This document shows, in pieces, positions 25,001-32,000 of a DNA stretch of 32,000 bases (positions within the stretch are counted from its first letter, which is position 1; each line of letters opens with the position of its first letter). The DNA comes from Marivita cryptomonadis (GTDB taxonomy: Bacteria > Pseudomonadota > Alphaproteobacteria > Rhodobacterales > Rhodobacteraceae): assembly GCF_002115725.1 (NCBI RefSeq), contig NZ_JFKD01000024.1:1-32000 (forward strand), written 5' to 3'. The translations under genes and the position numbers were made by a program. The notes under the pieces are model-generated. The model saw only the letters and a list, made by a program, of their open reading frames with translations. It did no database searches and was not told where the DNA came from.

Positions 25001-26980
25001 TTACAGAAGATCCGGCGGAGTCGCGTCTTTGCCAAGGCTGCTCACGATATCGGTCAGCGATGTTACAGAGGTTTGCTTCTCTCCAAGGCGGCGCACGGTG
25101 ACCGTGCGTTCCTCGACCTCGCGGTGGCCGATGGCAAGGATCACCGGGACCTTGCCGACCGAGTGTTCGCGGACCTTGTAATTGATCTTCTCGTTGCGGA
25201 TGTCGGCCTCGGCGCGAACGCCCGCTTTGGTCAGTTCGGCCACGACCTCGCGCACATAATCATCTGCTTCCGACACGATGGAGGCGACAACCACCTGACG
25301 CGGGGCCAGCCAGAAGGGCAGTTTGCCTTCCCAGTTCTCGATCAGGATGCCGATGAAGCGTTCGAACGACCCAAGGCAGGCGCGGTGCAGCATGAACGGG
25401 CGGTGCCGTTCTCCGTTCTGACCGATATAGCTGGCGCCAAGGCGTTCCGGCAGGTTCGGGTCAACCTGGAAGGTGCCGCACTGCCAGACACGGCCAATCG
25501 CGTCAGTCAGGTAGAAATCAAGCTTGGGGCCATAGAATGCGCCGTCACCGGGTTCGAGAGTGTAATCCCGGCCAACCGCCTTGATCGCGTTCTCCAGCGC
25601 GCCCTCGACGTAATCCCAGCTTTCATCGCTGCCGACGCGCTTTTCCGGGCGTGTGGCAAAGCGGATTTCGAACTCTGGGAAGCCCAGCTCGCGGTACACA
25701 CCAGCAAGAAAGTCGATGAACTTGGCGCATTCCTGCTGGATTTGGTCTTCGGTGCAGAAGATATGCGCGTCGTCCTGGGTGAAGCCGCGCACCCGCATGA
25801 TGCCGTGCAACGCGCCTGATGGCTCGAACCGGGCGCACGACCCGAACTCGGCCAGCCGCAGCGGCAAGTCGCGGTAAGACTTCAGGCCTTGGTTGAACAC
25901 CTGCACGTGGCAGGGGCAGTTCATCGGCTTGAGCGCGTTGATCCGTGTGTGATCCTTGTTCTTGGCACTGGCATCGTCGTTTTCACCATCGCGGCTTTCG
26001 TCGACTTCGACGACGAACATGTGGTGCTGGTACTTTTCCCAGTGCCCCGACGCTTCCCACAGCTTGCGGTCCACAACTTGCGGCGTGTTGATCTCGAGAT
26101 ACCCACCGGCGCGCTGCTTGCGGCGCATGTAGTCCTGCAACGCGGTGTAGACTGTCCAGCCATTGGGATGCCAGAACACCTGACCGGGGGCCTCTTCCTG
26201 CATGTGGAACAGGTTCATCTCGCGGCCGAGTTTGCGGTGGTCGCGCTTTTCGGCCTCTTCGAGGAAGGTCAGGTACTTTTTCAGATCATCGCGGTTCTTG
26301 AACGCCACGCCATAGATGCGTTGCAGCATCGGGCGGGTGTTGTCGCCAAGGAAATAGGCGGCGGACACGTTCATCAGTTTGAACGCGTCGGCAGGAACCT
26401 GACCCGTGTGTTGCAGGTGCGGGCCGCGGCAGAGATCCATCCATTCGCCATGCCAATACATGCGAATGTCCTCGCCCTCGGGGATCTTGTCGAGGATCTC
26501 GACCTTATAGGGCTCGTTGTTGTCAGTGTAATACTGGCGCACCTGATCGCGGGTCCACAGTTCGGTGCGGACCGCATCGCGGGCGTTGATGATCTCTTTC
26601 ATCCGCTTTTCGATGGCACCAAGGTCTTCGGGCGTGAACGGTTCTTTACGGTCGAAATCGTAGAACCAGCCATTGTCGCGGACCGGGCCGATGGTGACTT
26701 TGACGTCGGGCCAGATCTCTTGAACCGCACGCGCCATGATATGCGCAAGGTCATGCCGGATCAGTTCAAGCGCGGGCGCGTCGTCCTGCAGAGTGTTGAT
26801 CGCGATCTGCGCATCGCTTTGAATCGGCCACTGCAAATCCCAATGCGCACCGTTCACGGTGGCAGAGATGGCTTTCTTGGAGAGGGACTTGGAAATGCTC
26901 TCGGCCACTTCGGCAGGGGTCACACCTGCATCGAACTCGCGCGCATTGCCATCGGGGAAGGTCAGGGAAATCTGGCTCAT
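25001..26980 (-). CDS. thrS: Threonine--tRNA ligase
   Basis: 659 aa. TGS-domain N-terminus ([13 protein letters not shown]), class II core ([31 protein letters not shown]) and an anticodon-binding C-terminus. Confidence 0.95.
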   Translation of the reverse strand: MSQISLTFPDGNAREFDAGVTPAEVAESISKSLSKKAISATVNGAHWDLQWPIQSDAQIAINTLQDDAPALELIRHDLAHIMARAVQEIWPDVKVTIGPVRDNGWFYDFDRKEPFTPEDLGAIEKRMKEIINARDAVRTELWTRDQVRQYYTDNNEPYKVEILDKIPEGEDIRMYWHGEWMDLCRGPHLQHTGQVPADAFKLMNVSAAYFLGDNTRPMLQRIYGVAFKNRDDLKKYLTFLEEAEKRDHRKLGREMNLFHMQEEAPGQVFWHPNGWTVYTALQDYMRRKQRAGGYLEINTPQVVDRKLWEASGHWEKYQHHMFVVEVDESRDGENDDASAKNKDHTRINALKPMNCPCHVQVFNQGLKSYRDLPLRLAEFGSCARFEPSGALHGIMRVRGFTQDDAHIFCTEDQIQQECAKFIDFLAGVYRELGFPEFEIRFATRPEKRVGSDESWDYVEGALENAIKAVGRDYTLEPGDGAFYGPKLDFYLTDAIGRVWQCGTFQVDPNLPERLGASYIGQNGERHRPFMLHRACLGSFERFIGILIENWEGKLPFWLAPRQVVVASIVSEADDYVREVVAELTKAGVRAEADIRNEKINYKVREHSVGKVPVILAIGHREVEERTVTVRRLGEKQTSVTSLTDIVSSLGKDATPPDLL

Positions 26981-27288
26981 TGGCCTAGCTCCTCGTCAGT
27001 TTGGCGCCCACGGAACGCCCGGTTGCGGGTTATGTATCGTGCGCGGCTTTTGGCAGGGGGGCGGCGGCGCGTCAAGACAGGGTGGGTCGGAAACGACCCG
27101 GTGAGTCGGCGCTTTTGCGGTTGGTCGCGAAAGATTCTTGCGCGGTATACAAATGTATTATTGAAAAGTGTTTGCAAACAATGGGTTAATCTTTGCTTTC
27201 GCTATGGACGAAAGCGACGCAATTGCTATGTATAACGACATTCCACTATCGGAAACCTTTAGCGTCATACGACACGGGAGAGCAGACA

Positions 27289-27534
27289 ATGCCCGGCTAC
27301 AACAAGAATTTCGAACTGACCGTCGAAGACATGGAGCTGATCGAGGATGCGCTGCGGACCACCAAGCGGTCTTTGAACTCTGAAGTTCTGAGCCAGGACG
27401 CAGACCCGCTGCGCCCCTGTGAAAACACCCGTGAGGTCGATGTGTCGATGAAGCGGATCAATGACCTTCTGGGTCGTTTGCACAATCAGAAGAACTTTTA
27501 CCGCCCTAAAAGCGGCGCCTATATCGGCGGATAA
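27289..27534 (+). CDS. Hypothetical small protein (81 aa)
   Basis: GGGAGAG lies before the ATG at 27289 (MPGYNKNFELT). The track ORF starts at 27193. Confidence 0.5.
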   Translation: MPGYNKNFELTVEDMELIEDALRTTKRSLNSEVLSQDADPLRPCENTREVDVSMKRINDLLGRLHNQKNFYRPKSGAYIGG

Positions 27535-27540
27535 AAGGAA

Positions 27541-27560
27541 GGTGCGTGCAAGCACGCACC
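27541..27560. terminator. Hairpin GGTGCGTG-caag-CACGCACC between convergent genes
   Basis: 8-bp GC-rich stem. CCTTTTC lies 7 nt downstream on the plus strand. Confidence 0.5.
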
Positions 27561-27570
27561 CGACGCCTTT

Positions 27571-27984
27571 TCAAAATTGCGCGGCGAACACCGCGTAACC
27601 CATCATCAGGCAGCACGCCCAGCCGATCAGGAAAAGCAGCGGCCGCAGCGGCATCTTGGCAAAGCCCGAGATCATTCCGACCGCGTGGATCGCACGGACC
27701 CAAAAGAACACGATGGCGGTCCAGTAGGTCAGTGCCGAAAAGCCGTCAATCGCATTCAGGATAAGCACAAGCACCGAAAACGGCAGCGCCTGTTCCAGCA
27801 GGTTCAGGTGCGCCCTGTGCGCGCGGTGGACCCATGCAGGATACTGATCCAGCGGGGTTGGGCGCTCGAACGGATCCGTCCCGGCGACCGCGTGTTTGTT
27901 GACGCCGACGATGTAGGGAATCCACAGGCTCGCGGCGAGGATCATCAGGCAGGTGAGGATGCCAAGTTCGGTGGAAAAGGTCAT
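27571..27984 (-). CDS. MAPEG-family membrane protein
   Basis: 137 aa with four hydrophobic helices and HRAHLNLLE. ATGA overlap with the upstream gene. Confidence 0.7.
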   Translation of the reverse strand: MTFSTELGILTCLMILAASLWIPYIVGVNKHAVAGTDPFERPTPLDQYPAWVHRAHRAHLNLLEQALPFSVLVLILNAIDGFSALTYWTAIVFFWVRAIHAVGMISGFAKMPLRPLLFLIGWACCLMMGYAVFAAQF

Positions 27985-28439
27985 GGCGCCTCTCCCTCGT
28001 GCTCAGCCCACAGGTGGTCTCCGCCGAAATGCATCGGTTGACCGGTTTCCAGCCACGTTTTGAGACCTGACAGGGTTCGCACCCATCCATCGGCTGTGCC
28101 GCCACTGGGATCATGCGCCAAACCACGGTGTTCGACCGTCAGCTTGCAGTAGTCGCCTTCAACAGCAATCAGGTATGTCACCTCGCTGGTCTTGGCGTCG
28201 GGTTCCCATTTCGGTTCGAATGTCGTGACAATGCGGGTTTTGGGGTCAAGCGTGATCTCGCGGCTGTGCAAGGTCTCGAACCCATCGGGCGTCATGTAGA
28301 TCAGGGTGTCGCCGTCGCGCCGAGCGCTTTGGCCGAGGAAGTCGTAATTCACCACTGCCTCTGCTGAGGTCAGCGCGTCCCAGAGCGCATCTTGCGTGCA
28401 GCGAATATAGGTTTCCATCATGAAGTCTGGTTTGGTCAT
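27981..28439 (-). CDS. SRPBCC (AHSA1/START-like) domain protein
   Basis: FIRCTQDALWDALT... is clearly paralogous to the C-terminal half of the upstream ArsR fusion protein. Confidence 0.75.
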   Translation of the reverse strand: MTKPDFMMETYIRCTQDALWDALTSAEAVVNYDFLGQSARRDGDTLIYMTPDGFETLHSREITLDPKTRIVTTFEPKWEPDAKTSEVTYLIAVEGDYCKLTVEHRGLAHDPSGGTADGWVRTLSGLKTWLETGQPMHFGGDHLWAEHEGEAP

Positions 28440-28451
28440 GGTGACGTTCCT

Positions 28452-29195
28452 TCAGCTTGCCATTTTGAGTGCGGTGCCCGTTTCCAGATACGACTTGAGC
28501 GATGCCGCCAGTCGCGCCCAGCCTTCGGCAAAGCCTTCCTGACCCGGTGCAATGTCATAGTGTTCGATGGTCAGTTTGCAGGTCTCGCCCTGCGGCTCGA
28601 TCAGGTAGACCATGTGTGAGGCAGGCGCATTAGGCCCCATAAAGAGCGGCTCGAACGTCATGGCGATGCGGGTTTTCGGGTCCATTTCGGTCGTGACCTG
28701 CCGCAGCATCGGATCGCCATCGGGTTTGATGAACTCGGTCACGTTGTCAGGCCGCGCGTCGCCGCGCACCTCGTTGCACATGAAGTGATAGGCGGCCATC
28801 TGGTCGGCCTTTGTCAGCGCGTCCCAAAGCGCATCCTGCGAGCAGCGGATGAAGGTTTGCATCATGAAATCGGGTTTTCCCATGCGGGTCTCTCTTTCCA
28901 GTCGGGATTTCAAATCGCTCATCATCTGTGCTTGCGGTCGCAGGAAGGGCGCGACCCAGCGGTCAAGCATATCCTGCAGGGGTAGGGCGTTCAGGTAGTG
29001 GTATTTGAACCGCCCCTGTTTGCGCGAGATGACAAGATGGGCGTCTTCGAGAACCTTGAGGTGCTTCATCACGCCGAACCGGCTCATATCGAGCTGCTCT
29101 TCCAGTTCGCTGAGTGACTGCCCGTCCTTGCGCCGCAAACTGTCAAGCAGCGCGCGGCGGGCGGGATCGTTGAGGGCTTTGAAGATCATATCCAT
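28452..29195 (-). CDS. ArsR-family HTH regulator fused to an SRPBCC domain
   Basis: IFKALNDPARRALLDSL...LSELEEQLDMSRFGVMKHLKVLEDAHLV is a winged HTH. FIRCSQDALWDALT begins the SRPBCC part. The start is ATG 29195 or 29189. The track ORF extends to 29309. Confidence 0.8.
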   Translation of the reverse strand: MDMIFKALNDPARRALLDSLRRKDGQSLSELEEQLDMSRFGVMKHLKVLEDAHLVISRKQGRFKYHYLNALPLQDMLDRWVAPFLRPQAQMMSDLKSRLERETRMGKPDFMMQTFIRCSQDALWDALTKADQMAAYHFMCNEVRGDARPDNVTEFIKPDGDPMLRQVTTEMDPKTRIAMTFEPLFMGPNAPASHMVYLIEPQGETCKLTIEHYDIAPGQEGFAEGWARLAASLKSYLETGTALKMAS

Positions 29196-29201
29196 GTTGA
29201 T

Positions 29202-29223
29202 GACTATAGGTGATTCTATAGTC
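29202..29223. promoter_or_regulatory. Palindrome GACTATAG-N6-CTATAGTC; candidate ArsR operator
   Basis: Perfect 8-bp arms starting 7 nt upstream of the ArsR-fusion start, in the divergent region facing the MFS gene. Confidence 0.45.
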
Positions 29224-29362
29224 ACGTGACAATGAGGTAACATATTGCCATGGATTTTTGTGCCAAGCCTTTGATGGTATTCGCGGTTTTGGAGGATGAC
29301 GGGAACCAATCACGCGTTGGCGCGTTTGCCCGCAGTCGTCCACAGCCACAGGATTCGCCCCA

Positions 29363-30610
29363 ATGTCCCATCCCGTCACCGACGCCTACGAAGAGATCAC
29401 AGGGGCGGATGAGGCGGTAAGGGACCGTGAGGCGCGCAACGGGTTGCGCCACATGGTCAGCCTGTCGATGACCAAGGTGGCGGATGGGCTGATTGACCCC
29501 AAACTGGTTTTGAGCTGGCTGGCGGGTGCGCTGGGTGCGCCTGCCGCGTTGACCGGGTTGCTGGTGCCGATCCGCGAGGCGGGGGCTTTGCTGCCCCAGA
29601 TCGTGTTTGCGGGGTGGGTGCAATCCTTGCAGCACCGCAAGTGGGCCTGGGTGATCGGGTCTGCCGGGCAGGGGATCGCTGCGCTTGCCATCGCGTTCAT
29701 TGCTTTGACGCTAGAAGGATTGGCCGCCGGGTTGGCGCTGTGTGCAGCATTGGCGGTGTTGGCCGTCGCACGGGCGGCCTGTTCGGTGAGCTATAAGGAT
29801 ATTCTGGGCAAGACGGTTGGGAAGACCCGTCGCGGTGCAGTGACGGGTGTGGCCGGATCGGTTGCCTCGATCGCGGTGCTGGTCTTTGCCGGGTTGTTGC
29901 TGTCGGGCCTCTTGCGCGACGTGATGCCGGTTGTGATGGCGATCACGTTGGCGGCGGCGCTTTGGGGTGCTGCGGCATTGGTGTTTTCGTGGGTCGAGGA
30001 ATCGGCTTCGGAAGACACCGAAGACACATCGGTCGATTTCACACCTCTGAAGGAAGACCGCCAATTCCGGCTGTTCATCGCGGTGCGCGGTTTGCTTACG
30101 GTGACCGCACTGGCGCCGCCCTATTTCGTGCTTTTGGGCGGGGGGCAGTCTGCATTGCAGGGCTTGGGTGCGTTGCTTCTGGCGTCGGCTGCGGCGGCGT
30201 TTGCGGGGTCTTACGTCTGGGGTCGTCTGTCCGACAAATCTTCGCGCAAGGTGTTGTTTCTGTCGGGGATGCTGGCCGCCGGGTTTGCCACGCTTGCCGT
30301 CTTGGCTGAGGTGAGTGGCTGGGCCGCGACGGCATGGGTGATCCCGGTGGTCCTGTTTTTCTTCATGCTGTCCTATCAGGGCGTCCGGTCGGCGCGGTCG
30401 GTCTATCTGGTGGACATGTCGCCCGAGGACGCGCGGTCCTCCTATGCCGCCTTGGCAAATACGGCGATTGGTGTGCTGCTGCTGATCACCGGGGCGTTCG
30501 GCGGGCTGCTGGCACTGGCGGGACCGGTGGCGTCGCTCACGGGCTTTGCCGTGCTGTCGCTGGCCGGGGGATTGCTGGCGCTGCGGCTGGATGAGGTGGA
30601 AAACGCCTGA
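29363..30610 (+). CDS. MFS-type transporter
   Basis: 415 aa with about 12 hydrophobic segments and an Ala/Leu/Gly-rich composition. Confidence 0.75.
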   Translation: MSHPVTDAYEEITGADEAVRDREARNGLRHMVSLSMTKVADGLIDPKLVLSWLAGALGAPAALTGLLVPIREAGALLPQIVFAGWVQSLQHRKWAWVIGSAGQGIAALAIAFIALTLEGLAAGLALCAALAVLAVARAACSVSYKDILGKTVGKTRRGAVTGVAGSVASIAVLVFAGLLLSGLLRDVMPVVMAITLAAALWGAAALVFSWVEESASEDTEDTSVDFTPLKEDRQFRLFIAVRGLLTVTALAPPYFVLLGGGQSALQGLGALLLASAAAAFAGSYVWGRLSDKSSRKVLFLSGMLAAGFATLAVLAEVSGWAATAWVIPVVLFFFMLSYQGVRSARSVYLVDMSPEDARSSYAALANTAIGVLLLITGAFGGLLALAGPVASLTGFAVLSLAGGLLALRLDEVENA

Positions 30611-30670
30611 CGCCTCTTGGGTTCCGGTGCGCTTTGCGTAAAGTCGTGCCAAACCGGAACGGAGGCAGGC

Positions 30671-31411
30671 ATGACCGCAATCAAACATATCGACGGGCCG
30701 AACGGGCATCAGTTGGCTTATGCCAAGACCGAGGGCTCGGGGCCGGTGATCGTGTTCTTGTCGGGCTATAAGTCGGACATGGAGGGCACCAAGGCGGTGC
30801 ATCTGGAGGCATGGGCCAAGCTGACCGGCCGTGCGTTTCTGCGGTTCGACTATTCGGGGCATGGCGTGTCGGGCGGAGTGTTCGAAGAGGGGTGCATTGG
30901 CGACTGGGCGCGCGACTCGCAGGCGGTGATCGAGGCCACGTGTGAGGGGCCGGTGGTGCTGGTCGGGTCAAGCATGGGTGGTTGGATCGCATCTCTGATG
31001 ACGCAGCGGCTCAAGCATGTGGTTGGCTTTGTCGGCATCGCCGCAGCGCCCGATTTCACCGAGGACGGCTTCTGGGCCGGGTTTTCCGAAGAAGACCGGC
31101 GCAAGGTGATGGAGGACGGGCAGGTCGCTTTGCCCTCGGATTATGGCGACCCGTACATCGTGACCCGCCGATTGATCGAAGACGGGCGCAAGAACCTTGT
31201 TCTCCGCTCGCCACTGCACATGCCGTATCCGGTGCGGCTGGTGCAGGGGACCGAGGACACCGCTGTCCGCCGGGAAACGGCCTTGCGGTTGCTGGATCAC
31301 ATCGACAGTCCAGACCTGCGGCTGACGTTGGTCAAGGGCACTGATCACCGGTTTTCCGAACCGCAGAACCTGCGCCATATCGAAGACGCGATTATTGAGG
31401 TGCTTGCCTGA
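30671..31411 (+). CDS. Alpha/beta-fold hydrolase
   Basis: GSSMGG nucleophile elbow. GGAGG lies before the ATG at 30671. The track ORF starts at 30617. Confidence 0.8.
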   Translation: MTAIKHIDGPNGHQLAYAKTEGSGPVIVFLSGYKSDMEGTKAVHLEAWAKLTGRAFLRFDYSGHGVSGGVFEEGCIGDWARDSQAVIEATCEGPVVLVGSSMGGWIASLMTQRLKHVVGFVGIAAAPDFTEDGFWAGFSEEDRRKVMEDGQVALPSDYGDPYIVTRRLIEDGRKNLVLRSPLHMPYPVRLVQGTEDTAVRRETALRLLDHIDSPDLRLTLVKGTDHRFSEPQNLRHIEDAIIEVLA

Positions 31412-31502
31412 TCGAATGTTTTTGCAATCGTATGCAAAATTCACTTGAGAGGGCCGTGCGCCCCGTTATGCTGATCCGGACATTTGATCCGGGGAGGTGG
31501 AT

Positions 31503-32000
31503 ATGGCCGAATATCTCAAGCGGGGGAAACCCGAAACCGAACGTGCTGAAGACGATGCCAAGACCCGCGCGGTGGTCGAGGCGACGCTGGCCGATATCGA
31601 AGTGCGCGGGGACGCGGCGGTGCGCGATCTGGCAGCAAAGTTCGACAATTACACGCCCGACAGCTTTCGTCTGACCCAAGGCGAGATCGACGCGCTGATC
31701 GCAGAGCTTTCACCTCGCGAGCTGGCGGATATCAAGTTTGCCCAGGAGCAGGTCCGCAATTTCGCGCAGGCGCAGCGCGACTCGATGCTGGATATCGAAG
31801 TGGAAACGATGCCCGGCGTGATCCTGGGTCACAAGAACATCCCCGTGCAGTCGGTGGGCTGCTACGTGCCGGGGGGCAAGTTCCCGATGGTCGCGTCTGC
31901 CCATATGTCGGTTGCAACGGCCAGCGTGGCGGGGGTGCCGCGCATCATCGCCTGCACGCCGCCATGGCAGGGCAAACCGAACCCTGCCGTGATCGCCGCG
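31503..32000 (+). CDS. Histidinol dehydrogenase-family protein (HisD/HpsN-like), 5' partial; continues beyond the window
   Basis: Not in the track because no stop lies in the window. GGGAGG lies before the ATG at 31503. Sequence is [13 protein letters not shown]...[32 protein letters not shown]. Confidence 0.8.
   Translation, partial: MAEYLKRGKPETERAEDDAKTRAVVEATLADIEVRGDAAVRDLAAKFDNYTPDSFRLTQGEIDALIAELSPRELADIKFAQEQVRNFAQAQRDSMLDIEVETMPGVILGHKNIPVQSVGCYVPGGKFPMVASAHMSVATASVAGVPRIIACTPPWQGKPNPAVIAA

Noticed and set aside
25889-27235. 448-aa plus-strand ORF, along with 24977..25819 (+)
   Set aside because: Both are antisense to threonyl-tRNA synthetase. They have no recognisable motifs and are high-GC shadow ORFs.
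29711-30862. 383-aa minus-strand ORF
   Set aside because: It is antisense to the MFS transporter and hydrolase genes. Its extreme Arg/Gln/Pro composition is that of a shadow ORF.

Overview
This is a high-GC chromosome segment that looks alphaproteobacterial (Rhodobacteraceae-like). A tRNA-Cys(GCA) gene (15653..15726, minus) has collected two integrative elements in tandem.

Element A (1..~6174, left end outside the window) carries an operon of an XRE regulator, a zinc-ribbon membrane protein and a very large MmeI-like fused restriction/methyltransferase. The methyltransferase ORF is absent from the ORF track because it runs off the window. Element A also has two excisionase-like genes and a tyrosine integrase.

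Element B (6175..15696) is strikingly AT-rich and is bounded by a 44-nt direct repeat of the tRNA-Cys 3' half. It encodes:
- a 471-aa integrase;
- an HUH/Rep-like protein;
- a FimB/FimE-sized recombinase;
- several unknown proteins;
- a sulfotransferase-fold protein;
- a translationally coupled pair made of a 563-aa unknown protein and a clearly TGT/DpdA-like base-exchange enzyme (DSGGYQ motif).

That pair has no 7-deazaguanine genes nearby and is my best candidate for an undescribed system. A 21-nt palindrome, TTACTTCAAA[G/C]TTTGAAGTAA, occurs four times in element B and divides it into modules.

Right of the tRNA lies ordinary core genome: pcm, tolC, DUF2497, efp, GNAT, ygfZ, thrS, an ArsR-SRPBCC/SRPBCC/MAPEG operon, an MFS transporter, a hydrolase and a partial hisD-like gene. 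It also contains a DUF2282-DUF692(MNIO)-DUF2063-DoxX bufferin-type RiPP operon.

All functional calls come from reading motifs by eye. No database search was possible.
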